Shown here: in pieces, positions 43,063 through 52,629 of the stretch
Layout: every line of letters starts with the position of its first letter
Position numbering within the stretch: position 1 is the first letter of the stretch
Assembly (NCBI RefSeq): GCF_014202825.1
Contig: NZ_JACHHP010000005.1
Coordinates: 11,818-75,817 of the forward strand
Source: Chiayiivirga flava
Lineage (GTDB): Bacteria; Pseudomonadota; Gammaproteobacteria; Xanthomonadales; Xanthomonadaceae
Direction of reading: 5' to 3'
Length of the DNA stretch: 64,000 nt
Position numbers and translations under genes: made by a program
The notes under the pieces: model-generated
What the model was told of the DNA's origin: nothing
The model's database searches: none
What the model saw: only the letters and a program-made list of their open reading frames with translations

Positions 43063-43698
43063 ATGAGTCCGGGCACGGCATCCGCCCGCCGCCGCGGCTT
43101 CTGGCTGCGCACGCTGCACCAGTGGCACTGGATCAGCTCGGCGCTGTGCCTGGTCGGCATGCTGCTGTTCAGCATCACCGGCATCACGCTCAACCACGCC
43201 GCGCAGATTCCGGCGACGCCGGACACGCAGACGCGCACCGCGCAACTGCCGGGCGATCTGCTCGCCGCGCTCGTCGCGCAGGCCGACGACAGCGACGGCA
43301 GCGAGCCGCTGCCGCCACGCGTGCGCAGCTGGCTCGCCGACACCATCGATGTGCGTCCCGGCGCGCGCGAGGCCGAATGGTCGCCCGACGAAATCTATCT
43401 TTCGCTGCCGCGTCCCGGCGGGGACGGCTGGCTCGCGATCGATCTTGCGAGCGGCGCCGTCGAATCGGAATCCACCGACCGCGGCTGGATTTCCTACTTC
43501 AACGATCTGCACAAGGGCCGCAACGCCGGTCCGGCGTGGAGCTGGTTCATCGACGTGTTCGCCGTTGCCTGTCTCGTGTTCTGCATCACCGGCCTCGTGC
43601 TGCTGCAGATGCACGCCGGGCAGCGCGCGATGACATGGCCGATGGTCGGACTCGGCGTCGTCGTGCCGGCGCTGCTCGCGCTGCTGCTCATCCACTGA
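43063..43698 (+). CDS. PepSY-associated TM helix protein
   Basis: 211 aa with an N-terminal TM helix, a periplasmic segment and a C-terminal TM helix (WISYFNDLHKGRNAGPAWSWFIDVFAVACLVFCITGLVLL). Confidence 0.7.
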   Translation: MSPGTASARRRGFWLRTLHQWHWISSALCLVGMLLFSITGITLNHAAQIPATPDTQTRTAQLPGDLLAALVAQADDSDGSEPLPPRVRSWLADTIDVRPGAREAEWSPDEIYLSLPRPGGDGWLAIDLASGAVESESTDRGWISYFNDLHKGRNAGPAWSWFIDVFAVACLVFCITGLVLLQMHAGQRAMTWPMVGLGVVVPALLALLLIH

Positions 43699-43720
43699 TT
43701 CTTTTCGAGGTCACCATTCG

Positions 43721-44287
43721 ATGAAACGTTCGCTGCTGTTCGCCGCCCTGCTGTCCGTCGCCGCACTGCCCGCGGCCGCCGCCGGCCTCAAGGTCGATAT
43801 CGAAGTGCCGCAGCTCGACGTGGCCGAGTACCACCGCCCGTACGTGGCGGTGTGGATCGAGCGCGAGGACAGCAGCGTCGCCGCCAACCTGTCGGTCTGG
43901 TACCAGCAGGAACGCGGCAAACCGCGCCCGCAGAAGGACGGCAAGAAACCCGAGACGGGCGACGGCGGCGGCGAGGCCGGCACCAAGTGGCTGCCGGACC
44001 TGCGCCAGTGGTGGCGCCGCAGCGGCCGCGCGCTGACGTTGCCGGTGGACGGCGTCACCGGCGCCACGCGTCCGGTCGGCACGCACACGCTGACGTTCGA
44101 TTCCACATCGCCGCAGCTCGCCGATCTCGCGCCCGGCAGCTATCGCCTGGTGGTCGAGGCCGCGCGCGAAGTCGGCGGGCGCGAGCTGCTGAAGCTGCCG
44201 TTTGCGTGGCCGCCGACGGACGCCGCGCAGTCCGACGTGCAAGGCAAGACCGAATTCGGCCGCGTCGCGCTGGCGCTGACGCCCTGA
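43721..44287 (+). CDS. DUF2271 periplasmic protein
   Basis: Signal [21 protein letters not shown] and the DUF2271 signature [13 protein letters not shown]. Confidence 0.65.
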   Translation: MKRSLLFAALLSVAALPAAAAGLKVDIEVPQLDVAEYHRPYVAVWIEREDSSVAANLSVWYQQERGKPRPQKDGKKPETGDGGGEAGTKWLPDLRQWWRRSGRALTLPVDGVTGATRPVGTHTLTFDSTSPQLADLAPGSYRLVVEAAREVGGRELLKLPFAWPPTDAAQSDVQGKTEFGRVALALTP

Positions 44288-44336
44288 TCCCGCTGCGGTG
44301 CGCCGCACCCCCTTCCCATACCGACAAGGACCCCTC

Positions 44337-45143
44337 ATGAAGCCGACCAAACTCGCTGCGCTCGCGCTGGCGCTCGCCGTTCCCTTCGCCGCACAGGCCC
44401 ACAAGGCGTGGCTGCTGCCGTCGCAGACGGTCCTGTCCGGCAACGATCCGTGGGTCACCGTCGACGCCGCGGTGTCGAACGACCTGTTCTACTTCAATCA
44501 CGTGCCGCTGCGCCTGGACAACGCCGTCATCACCGCGCCCGACGGCAGCGTCGTGCAGCCGCAGAACGGCGCCACCGGCAAGTTCCGCAGCGTGTTCGAC
44601 GTGCAGCTGCAGCAGGCCGGCACCTACCGCATCGCGGTGGTGAACGCGGGCCTGTTCGCGAGCTGGGACGACAACGGCCAGCCCAGGCGCTGGCGCGGCA
44701 ACGCCGAGAGCTTCAAGACCGAGGTGCCGAAGGATGCGAAGAACCTGCAGGTCACGCAGTCCGCGGGCCGCATCGAAACCTTCGTGACCAACGGCGCACC
44801 GAGCACGGGCGCATTGAAGGCGAGCAACAAGGGGCTGGAACTGGTGCCCGTGACGCACCCGAACGATCTGTTCGCCGGCGAGACCGCGACCTTTCAATTG
44901 CTGATCGACGGTGCGCCCGCCGCGGGCCTGGAACTCGAAGTGATCCCCGGCGGCATCCGCTACCGCGACGCGCAGAACGAAATCAAGGCGACGACCGACG
45001 CCGACGGCAAGTTCAGCGTGACCTGGCCGGAGGCGGGCATGTACTGGCTGGAAGCGTCGCTGCAGGACGACAAGGCGAGCACGCCGCCGGCAACACAGCG
45101 CCGCGCGAGTTATGCGGTGACGCTGGAGGTGTTGCCGCAGTAA
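44337..45143 (+). CDS. DUF4198 periplasmic protein
   Basis: Signal [21 protein letters not shown]. Placement and size fit the DUF4198 member of PepSY/DUF2271/ApbE/flavin-reductase iron clusters. Confidence 0.6.
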   Translation: MKPTKLAALALALAVPFAAQAHKAWLLPSQTVLSGNDPWVTVDAAVSNDLFYFNHVPLRLDNAVITAPDGSVVQPQNGATGKFRSVFDVQLQQAGTYRIAVVNAGLFASWDDNGQPRRWRGNAESFKTEVPKDAKNLQVTQSAGRIETFVTNGAPSTGALKASNKGLELVPVTHPNDLFAGETATFQLLIDGAPAAGLELEVIPGGIRYRDAQNEIKATTDADGKFSVTWPEAGMYWLEASLQDDKASTPPATQRRASYAVTLEVLPQ

Positions 45144-45240
45144 GCGCGTCGTGGGGAGCGTGTTCAGCGGTGGTCGTTTGAGCGGAGGGGACGGCTGGGC
45201 GTGCACGGCGGGGCGTGCGAGCGGCAGTTGGGGCCGCTCA

Positions 45241-45400
45241 CCCCCCCTTCCGCCTGCCGGCACCTTCCCCCGCTGCGCGGGAGAAGGAACGTGTCTGTGA
45301 GCGCATGGGAGTGTCGCGACCCCTCCGCGTACCCGGGCTTGGATCGAAGAAACCCTTCTCCCGCGCAGCGGGGGAAGGTGCCGGCAGGCGGAAGGGGGTG
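45241..45400. repeat. Family-A repeat pair A3; the right unit overlaps the apbE start
   Basis: 45241-45287 is cccccccttccgcctgccggcaccttcccccgctgcgcgggagaagg. 45353-45400 is cccttctcccgcgcagcgggggaaggtgccggcaggcggaagggggtg. Confidence 0.7.
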
Positions 45401-46397
45401 CGTCTGGTGGGCACTGGCGTTCGTTCTGCTCGTCTCGTGCAGCACCCCTGCCCCGGTCCAGACCCTCTCCGGCACCACCATGGGCACCACCTGGACGGTG
45501 AAACTCGTCGCCCCCGCGCCGCAGCTGGCACCGATCCGCAGCAGCATCGACTCCGAACTCGCCAGCCTCGTCGCGCAGATGAGCACCTGGGAACCGGACT
45601 CGAACCTCAGCCGCTTCAATCGCGCCGACGCCGACACCTGGCACGCGCTGCCTGACGATCTTTTCACCGTGCTCGCCTTCGCGCTCGAACTCACGCGGGA
45701 CACCGACGGCGCCTACGACCCCACCGTGGGCCCGCTCGTCAATCTGTGGGGCTTTGGGCCCGACGGCGCACCGCGCACGCAGCCACCGACACCGGCGCAG
45801 ATCGCGCAGGCCAGCGCACACGTGGGCTGGCGGCGCATCGAACTCGACGCCGCCGCGCACCGCGCCCGCCAGCCCGGCGGTGTGTTCGTCGACGTGTCGT
45901 CGCTCGGCCCCGGCTACGCGGTGGATCGCATCGCCGCGCGCCTGCACGAACACGGCGTCGAAAACTTCCTCGTCGAACTCGGTGGCGAGATGCGCGCCGC
46001 CGGCGCGAAACCCGACGGAAGCGCCTGGCGCGTGGCGGTGGAGCGGCCCGACGGCGCGGACGCCGGGGCCTTCGAGCTGGTGGTCGCACTCGATGATCTC
46101 GCCGCCGGCAGCTCGGGCGATTATCGTGTCGGTTTCGAACACGACGGCATCCGCTATTCGCACACCCTCGATCCGCGCACCGGCGCGCCCGTCACGCATG
46201 GCCTCGCAGCCGTGACCGTGCTCGCGCCCACGGCCATGCAGGCCGACGCTCTCGCGGCCGCGCTGATGGTGCTTGGCCCGGAACGTGGCTGGTCGTTCGC
46301 ACGCGAACGCGACATCGCCGCCGCGTTCACGCAGCGCACCGCCGACGGCTATGAACGCCGCCTCACTCCGGCGCTCGAGGCGCGGCGCGTGCCATGA
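45378..46397 (+). CDS. apbE: FAD:protein FMN transferase (ApbE) lipoprotein
   Basis: The in-frame GTG at 45378 gives MPAGGRGCVWWALAFVLLVSC-STP, a lipoprotein signal with LVSC lipobox. The body (TWTVKLVAP...GYAVD...SSGDY...HTLDPRTG) is ApbE. The first Met (45480) would lie after the signal peptide. The start codon and n-region fall inside the family-A repeat. Confidence 0.7.
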   Translation: MPAGGRGCVWWALAFVLLVSCSTPAPVQTLSGTTMGTTWTVKLVAPAPQLAPIRSSIDSELASLVAQMSTWEPDSNLSRFNRADADTWHALPDDLFTVLAFALELTRDTDGAYDPTVGPLVNLWGFGPDGAPRTQPPTPAQIAQASAHVGWRRIELDAAAHRARQPGGVFVDVSSLGPGYAVDRIAARLHEHGVENFLVELGGEMRAAGAKPDGSAWRVAVERPDGADAGAFELVVALDDLAAGSSGDYRVGFEHDGIRYSHTLDPRTGAPVTHGLAAVTVLAPTAMQADALAAALMVLGPERGWSFARERDIAAAFTQRTADGYERRLTPALEARRVP

Positions 46398-48022
46398 GTC
46401 GGCACCCGTCGGCACAAGGCCCGTCGCGCGAGTGGCTCGGCAATGCCGTGGTGCTCGGCCTGCTGCTGGCGATGGCCGCAGCGCTGTGGCTGTGGCAGAG
46501 CACGTCGCCGCAGTTCACCGATGCGCCCGCGCGCTGGTGGCTGGCGGCCGCAACGGTCGGCGTGTACCTACTGTGTTGCGCCGCACTCGCGGTCTCGCGT
46601 CGCCGCGCGCTGCGACCGGCCGGCAACGCGGCCGACGATGCCCTGCCCATCGTGTTCGCAAGCCAGACCGGCTTTGCCGCACAGCTCGCGGTGCAGACCG
46701 CCGACACGCTGCGCATCGCCGGAGTGCAGACACGGCTGCATGCGCTCGGTGATCTCGACGCGCTGCAACTGCAGGGCTTCCGCCGCGCGCTGTTCATCGT
46801 GAGCACCACCGGCGAAGGCGACGCGCCGGACAGCGCCGCCGGCTTCGAACGCCGCGTGCTGTCGCGCGCGCTGCCGCTGCCGGACCTGCGCTACGGCGTG
46901 CTGGCGCTGGGCGACCGCGAATACGCGCAGTTCTGCGGCTTCGGGCATCGGCTGGACGCGTGGCTGCGGCACCAGCGTGCGCTGCCGCTGTTCGATCTGG
47001 TCGAGGTCGACAACGGCGACGACGGCGCGCTGCGCCACTGGCAACATCACCTCGGCCACCTCAGCGGCAACACCGACCTGCCCGACTGGCAGACGCCGCA
47101 GTACCGGCCGTGGCGGTTGCAGGAACGGCGCGAGCTCAATCCCGGCAGCGTCGGCGGCGCGGTGTTCCACGTGGCGCTGACCCCGGACGATCCCGCGGAC
47201 CTGTGCTGGCAGGCCGGCGACATCGCCGAGATCGGCCCGCGCCACGCGCCGGCGACGGTGGAGCGGCTGCTCGATGCGGCTGGCCTCGACGGCACGCGCG
47301 TCGTGGCCAGGGATGGCAGCAGCGACACGCTCGCGACCTGGCTCTCGCGCAGCCAGCTGCCGGCACCGGCCGATATCACCGACCAGCCGCCGCACGCCAT
47401 CGTCGCGGCGCTCGTGCCGCTGCCGCACCGCGAATATTCGATCGCATCCCTGCCCGCCGACGGCGCGTTGCACCTGCTCATCCGGCAACTGCGCCGCCCC
47501 GACGGCACGCTGGGTCTGGGCGCCGGCTGGCTCACCGAATACGCCGACCTCGGCGCCCGGATCGGCGTGCGCCTGCGCAGCAATCCAGGCTTCCATCCGC
47601 CGCCGGACGCGCGCCCGCTGCTGCTGATCGGCAACGGCACCGGCATCGCCGGCCTGCGCGCGCTGCTCAAGGCACGCATCGCGGCCGGGCACCGGCGCAA
47701 CTGGCTGCTGTTCGGCGAACGCCAGCGTGCGCGCGACCTGTTTTACGGCGACGAACTGCAGCAGTGGGAACGCGAGCGCTGGATCGAACACCTGGATCTC
47801 GTGTTCTCGCGCGACCAGCCGCAGCGCATCTACGTGCAGCAGCGCCTGCGCGAACACGCCGACCGCGTGCGCACGTGGGTGGCGCAGGGCGCGGCGATCC
47901 ACGTCTGCGGCAGCCTCGACGGCATGGCCGGCGGCGTGGACGCGGCGCTGCGCGACATCCTCGGCGTCTCGACGCTGGAAACGCTCACCGACAGCGGGCG
48001 GTATCGGCGCGACGTCTACTGA
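46394..48022 (+). CDS. Membrane-anchored flavodoxin/FAD/NAD(P)H reductase (sulfite-reductase-alpha-like; PepSY-associated ferric reductase type)
   Basis: N-terminal TM helices, flavodoxin domain IVFASQTGFAAQLA...FIVSTTGEGDAP, FAD/NAD domain REYSIASL...LLLIGNGTGIAG. The start overlaps the apbE stop. Confidence 0.75.
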   Translation: MSRHPSAQGPSREWLGNAVVLGLLLAMAAALWLWQSTSPQFTDAPARWWLAAATVGVYLLCCAALAVSRRRALRPAGNAADDALPIVFASQTGFAAQLAVQTADTLRIAGVQTRLHALGDLDALQLQGFRRALFIVSTTGEGDAPDSAAGFERRVLSRALPLPDLRYGVLALGDREYAQFCGFGHRLDAWLRHQRALPLFDLVEVDNGDDGALRHWQHHLGHLSGNTDLPDWQTPQYRPWRLQERRELNPGSVGGAVFHVALTPDDPADLCWQAGDIAEIGPRHAPATVERLLDAAGLDGTRVVARDGSSDTLATWLSRSQLPAPADITDQPPHAIVAALVPLPHREYSIASLPADGALHLLIRQLRRPDGTLGLGAGWLTEYADLGARIGVRLRSNPGFHPPPDARPLLLIGNGTGIAGLRALLKARIAAGHRRNWLLFGERQRARDLFYGDELQQWERERWIEHLDLVFSRDQPQRIYVQQRLREHADRVRTWVAQGAAIHVCGSLDGMAGGVDAALRDILGVSTLETLTDSGRYRRDVY

Positions 48023-48044
48023 AGCCGTCGCGCGCGCGCGTCGA

Positions 48045-48944
48045 TCAGGCGGCCGCCTCGGCGCCTGCCAGTTGCGCGAGCCGCGCATCCTTCTGCGTCC
48101 ACAGCGCATTGATCCACGCCTGGAACCGCGCGCGGAACGCCACGTCGTTTTCGTAACTGCCCGCGCGCAGATCGTCCGGGATCGGAATCGTCCGCACATG
48201 CGCGCGCACCTCGCGCACGCGCCCCGCGAGCAGGTCGTAGATGGTCGGCTTGCCGCCGGGGTAATGCAGGGTCACGTCGATGATGGCATCGAGCATGTCG
48301 CCCATCGCATCGAGCACGAACGCCACCCCGCCGGCGCGCGGCGGCAACAGGCGTGCGTACGGCGAACCGTCCGCGTGCTTGGCCGCGGTGAAGCGCGTGC
48401 CCTCGACGAAATTCATCACCGACACCGGCAGCTCGCGGTATTTCTCGCAGGCGCGGCGCGTGGCCTCGATGTCCTTGCCGCGCAGTTCCGGACGCGCTTC
48501 GAGCTGCTGACGCGAGTAGCGCTTCATGAAGGGGAAATCGAGCGCCCACCAGGCGAGCCCAAGCACCGGCACCCAGATCAGCTCGCTCTTGAGGAAAAAT
48601 TTCAGGAACGGAATGCGGCGGTTGAAGATCTTCTGCAGCACCGGGATATCGACCCAGCTCTGGTGATTGCTCAGCACGAGGTACCAGCCGCGGCGATTGA
48701 GCGCCCCGTCGACCTGCACCACGAGGCGTGTGCCGACCCCATCCACCAGCGCGCTGTTGACCGCGATCCAGCTCTCGGCCAGCACGATGAGCCACGTGGA
48801 CATGCGCCGCCGGAATCCCGCGTGCGGGATCATCGCCTTCACCAGCGCAAGCAGCAGCAGCGGCGTGGCGTGCACGATGGTGTTGAGCGCGATCGCGAGG
48901 AAGGCAAGGACCGCGCGCGGCACTTCGATCAGGACGCGAGGCAT
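48045..48944 (-). CDS. Lysophospholipid acyltransferase (PlsC/LPLAT family)
   Basis: 299 aa from MPRVLIEVPRAVLAFLAIALNTIV. Contains LSNHQSWVDIPVL (HxxxxD acyltransferase motif) and FVEGTRF. Confidence 0.7.
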   Translation of the reverse strand: MPRVLIEVPRAVLAFLAIALNTIVHATPLLLLALVKAMIPHAGFRRRMSTWLIVLAESWIAVNSALVDGVGTRLVVQVDGALNRRGWYLVLSNHQSWVDIPVLQKIFNRRIPFLKFFLKSELIWVPVLGLAWWALDFPFMKRYSRQQLEARPELRGKDIEATRRACEKYRELPVSVMNFVEGTRFTAAKHADGSPYARLLPPRAGGVAFVLDAMGDMLDAIIDVTLHYPGGKPTIYDLLAGRVREVRAHVRTIPIPDDLRAGSYENDVAFRARFQAWINALWTQKDARLAQLAGAEAAA

Positions 48945-48971
48945 GCCGTCCCTGCGAGGCTCCAGCCCTTG

Positions 48972-49192
48972 AGCCCTTCCCCGTTGATGCGGGAAGGGCC
49001 GGGATGGGGGTGGCCGTTGACCTCGACCTTGCCGCTTAGCCCTTCCCCCTTGACGGGGGAAGGGTTGGGATGGGGGTGGCTCTTGAGCCTGATCTCCCCC
49101 CATCGCAGCGACGCGCCGAAACCAGCGAGAGCAAAAAAAAGGTCAACAGCCGCCCCCATCCCAACCCTTCCCCCGTCTAGGGGGGAGGGGTT
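48972..49192. repeat. Three variant family-B REP units (two direct, one inverted), then an A8/T8 run
   Basis: Units agcccttccccgttgatgcgggaagggccgggatgggggtggc, agcccttcccccttgacgggggaagggttgggatgggggtggc, and the inverted gccgcccccatcccaacccttcccccgtctaggggggaggggtt. A8 at 49130-49137. Confidence 0.65.
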
Positions 49193-49226
49193 ACGGGCGC
49201 GGGCGACCTGTTGCGGCATCGCCCGC

Positions 49227-51407
49227 TCAGCCCGTCGCAAGCAGCGACACGTCGGCCACCGCGAGGAACCGGTCCGACAGGCGTTTGAGCAGCGCCAGGC
49301 GATTGCGGCGCAGATGGGCATCGTCGGCCATCACCATCACGCCGTCGAAGAAAGCATCGATCGGCCCGCGCAGCAGGGCGAGGCGCTTGAGCACGCTGAC
49401 GTAGTCGTGGTGCGCGAGTTCCGCGCCGGTGTCGCCTTCGGCCGCGAACAGCGCCTCGGCCAGTGCGGACTCCGCCGGCTCCTTCAGCAGGTTGCGGTCG
49501 ATGTCGTGCGGGATAGCCTCGTCGGTCTTGCGCAGGATGTTGCGGATGCGCTTGTTGGCGGCGGCGAGTGCCTCGGCTTCGGGCAGCTGCGCGAACAGGC
49601 CGATGGCGTCGATGCGGCTGTCGAAGTCGTACAGCGAGGACGGGCGCAGTTCGGCGACGGCGTTGAAGTGTGTGGCGGGAACGTTCTTGTCGGCGTAGTA
49701 GCTGCGAAGGCGGTCGAGCATAAAATCGTAGATGTCTCGCGCCAAGAAATGCTCGTCCGCAACCCACTCTGCAGTCGCTGCCGCAAGTGCTTGCACGCCG
49801 TCTTTTTTTGCAGCTGCAATTTTTGCGTGAAGATCGCGTGTGTGAACTGCGACGGTTGCCTCAGCCGAAAGTTTGCCGGCGTGTGCAAGGATTGCTAGAA
49901 GATCGAATTCGAACCCACTTTCGATAATCGTCCTCGCCAGCCCCAACGCATTCCTACGCAACGCGAATGCATCCTTGTTACCCGTCGGCTTCAGGCCGGC
50001 GGCGAAACCGCCCGCCAGCGTATCGAGCCGCTCCGCAATCGCCAGCACCTTGCCGAGCGGCGACAGCGCGATGTCGTCACCGGCGAAGCGCGGCCGGTAA
50101 GCCTCGTCAATCGCGAGCGCGATCTCCTTCGACTCACCCGCATCGATCGCGTAGTGCCGGCCAGCGATACCCTGCAGCTCCGGAAACTCGTTGACCAGGC
50201 GCGACTGCAGATCGGCCTTCGACAGTTCCGCGGCGCGGCGCGCCTGCGCCGGATCGACACCCACGGCGCTCGCGACCACCTCGGCCAGCGCCGCCACGCG
50301 CGCCACCTTGTCCGCGACCGAGCCCAGCTTCTGCTGGTACGTCACGTTCGCAAGACCGGCATTCATCGCCTCCAGCCCCTGCTTGCGATCCTCGTCGAAG
50401 AAAAACCTGGCGTCGGCGAAGCGCGGACGGATCACACGCTCGTAGCCCTTGCGCACTTCGTCGACATTGCGCGATTCGATGTTCGCCACGCCGATGAATT
50501 GCTCCGTCAGCCGCCCCGCGCTGTCGAGCACGGGGAAGAACTTCTGGTTCGCTTCCATCGTGGCGATCAGCGCTTCCTGCGGCACGGCGAGGAAGTCGCG
50601 CTCGAAGCTGCACAGCACCGGGTGCGGCCATTCGGTGAGGCAGTTGACCTCGGCGAGGATGCCTTCGTCGATGCGCGCGTGGCCGCCGGCCTGCTGCGCC
50701 ATGGCGCCCACGCTGCTGCGGATGCGCGCTTCGCGTTCCTGCGGGTCGGCGAGCACGCACGCGCCGCGCAGCGCGTCGACGTAACTCCCGGCATCGGCGA
50801 TCCACACCGCCTTGCCGTGGTGGAAGCGGTGGCCGCGGCTCATGCGGTCGGATTTGATACCGAACAGTACACAATCCACGACCTGGTCGCCGAACAACAG
50901 CACCAGCCAGTGCAGCGGACGCGCGAACGCGTGGTCGTGGTCGCCCCAACGCATCGGCTTGGGAATCGGCAGCCCCTTCACCGCCTCGTGCAGGATCTCC
51001 TGCAGCAGCGATACCGTCGACGCACCCGGCTTCACCGCGCGGAAGACGAAACGCTCGCCCTTGTCGGTGGCGATGCGTTCGAGCGCGGTCCAGTCGACGC
51101 CGTTCTTGCCGGCGAAACCGAGCAGCGCCGGCGACGGCTGGCCGTCCGCGGTGAGCGCGACGTTGACGGCCGGCCCGAGCACCTCGCTGCGCTGCTCCGG
51201 CTGCTGCGCCTGCACCGCGTCGACGATGACGGCGATGCGACGCGGCGTGTACAGCACGCGCGCGCTGTCGGCATCGAAGCCGATGCCGCGTTTCTCCAGG
51301 CCCGTGCGGATGCCGGCGAGAAAGGCATCGGCGAGACCGGGCAGTGCCTTGACCGGGAGTTCCTCGGTGCCGAGTTCGATGAGGAGGGATTGCGTGGGTG
51401 CGGACAT
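49227..51407 (-). CDS. glyS: Glycine--tRNA ligase beta subunit
   Basis: 726 aa from MSAPTQSLLIELGTEELPVKALP. The track ORF adds 67 spurious residues from a REP element (MGEGLGRGSG). Confidence 0.9.
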   Translation of the reverse strand: MSAPTQSLLIELGTEELPVKALPGLADAFLAGIRTGLEKRGIGFDADSARVLYTPRRIAVIVDAVQAQQPEQRSEVLGPAVNVALTADGQPSPALLGFAGKNGVDWTALERIATDKGERFVFRAVKPGASTVSLLQEILHEAVKGLPIPKPMRWGDHDHAFARPLHWLVLLFGDQVVDCVLFGIKSDRMSRGHRFHHGKAVWIADAGSYVDALRGACVLADPQEREARIRSSVGAMAQQAGGHARIDEGILAEVNCLTEWPHPVLCSFERDFLAVPQEALIATMEANQKFFPVLDSAGRLTEQFIGVANIESRNVDEVRKGYERVIRPRFADARFFFDEDRKQGLEAMNAGLANVTYQQKLGSVADKVARVAALAEVVASAVGVDPAQARRAAELSKADLQSRLVNEFPELQGIAGRHYAIDAGESKEIALAIDEAYRPRFAGDDIALSPLGKVLAIAERLDTLAGGFAAGLKPTGNKDAFALRRNALGLARTIIESGFEFDLLAILAHAGKLSAEATVAVHTRDLHAKIAAAKKDGVQALAAATAEWVADEHFLARDIYDFMLDRLRSYYADKNVPATHFNAVAELRPSSLYDFDSRIDAIGLFAQLPEAEALAAANKRIRNILRKTDEAIPHDIDRNLLKEPAESALAEALFAAEGDTGAELAHHDYVSVLKRLALLRGPIDAFFDGVMVMADDAHLRRNRLALLKRLSDRFLAVADVSLLATG

Positions 51408-51434
51408 GTCGCCGTGTTCCGGAGGTTTCTTTTG

Positions 51435-51622
51435 CCCTTCTCCCGCCGGGAGAAGGTGGCGCGAAGCGCCGGATGAGGGTTCGGGCGGAGCGTGGTGCTG
51501 GAGTGTTGCGGCTGCGGTCGTGACGTATGAGGTTTTGCGCGATCCTGAAGGCGTTGGCTGGAGTGGATAGCTCGGCATCCCGGACCCTCTCCCCAACCCC
51601 TCTCCCACGGGAGAGGGGCTCA
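51435..51622. repeat. Partial family-C element plus a family-B REP inserted between glyQ and glyS
   Basis: 51435-51495 is cccttctcccgccgggagaaggtggcgcgaagcgccggatgagggttcggg (left end of family C). 51581-51622 is ccggaccctctccccaacccctctcccacgggagaggggctc. Confidence 0.6.
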
Positions 51623-51624
51623 GA

Positions 51625-52542
51625 TCAGGCGGCTTCCGCCGCGCGCTTCACGCCCGGGAACCCGAGCTTCTCGCGCTGCGCGTGGTACGCCTCCGCCACC
51701 GCACGCGCGAGGTTGCGCACGCGCAGGATGAAACGCTGGCGTTCGGTCACCGAGATCGCGCGGCGCGCGTCGAGCAGGTTGAAGCTGTGCGAGGCCTTCG
51801 TGACCTGGTCGTACGCCGGCAGCGGCAGGCCGAGCTCGACGAGCTTCAGCGCCTCGGCTTCGCAGGCATCGAAGCGGTGGAACAGCTCCTCGACGTTCGC
51901 ATGCTCGAAGTTGTAGGCACTCTGCTCGCGTTCGTTCTGCAGGTACACGTCGCCGTACGTCACCACGCCCTGCGGGCCGACCGTCCAGATCAGGTCGTAG
52001 ACGTTGTCGCAGTTCTGCAGGTACATGCATAGGCGTTCGAGGCCGTAGGTGATCTCGCCGGTCACCGGCCGGCACTCGATGCCGCCGGCCTGCTGGAAAT
52101 ACGTGAACTGGGTGACTTCCATGCCGTTGAGCCACACTTCCCAGCCCAGGCCCCAGGCGCCGAGCGTCGGCGATTCCCAGTTGTCCTCGACCAGGCGCAG
52201 GTCGTGCACCAGCGGGTCGATACCGAGCGCCTTCAACGAGCCGAAATAACGCTCGACGATGTCGTCCGGATTCGGCTTCATCACCACCTGGTACTGGTAG
52301 TAATGCTGCAGGCGGTTCGGGTTCTCGCCATAGCGGCCGTCGGTGGGACGACGCGAGGGCTGCACGTACGCCGCGTTCCACGGCTCGGGACCGAGCGCGC
52401 GCAGGAAGGTGGCGGGGTGGAAGGTGCCGGCGCCCACTTCGAGGTCGAGCGGCTGGATCAGCACGCAACCCTGCTCGCCCCAATAATTGTTGAGGGTCTG
52501 GATGAGCTGCTGGAACGTGATCGTCGGGGATTGCGCTGGCAT
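51625..52542 (-). CDS. glyQ: Glycine--tRNA ligase alpha subunit
   Basis: [46 protein letters not shown] is a near-universal GlyQ sequence. Confidence 0.9.
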   Translation of the reverse strand: MPAQSPTITFQQLIQTLNNYWGEQGCVLIQPLDLEVGAGTFHPATFLRALGPEPWNAAYVQPSRRPTDGRYGENPNRLQHYYQYQVVMKPNPDDIVERYFGSLKALGIDPLVHDLRLVEDNWESPTLGAWGLGWEVWLNGMEVTQFTYFQQAGGIECRPVTGEITYGLERLCMYLQNCDNVYDLIWTVGPQGVVTYGDVYLQNEREQSAYNFEHANVEELFHRFDACEAEALKLVELGLPLPAYDQVTKASHSFNLLDARRAISVTERQRFILRVRNLARAVAEAYHAQREKLGFPGVKRAAEAA

Positions 52543-52629
52543 GCGATGGGCGTCGAGCCGGGGAATGGGCCAAGCGCGCTAGTATAACGGTCGCACCGCG
52601 GCTGTCCGCCGCGCCACAGGCCGCTTTGG

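Noticed and set aside
37917-43346. 1809-aa minus-strand ORF
   Set aside because: Only the C-terminal 601 aa (TamA) are credible. Upstream it runs antisense through the TonB receptor, PKHD hydroxylase and PepSY genes.
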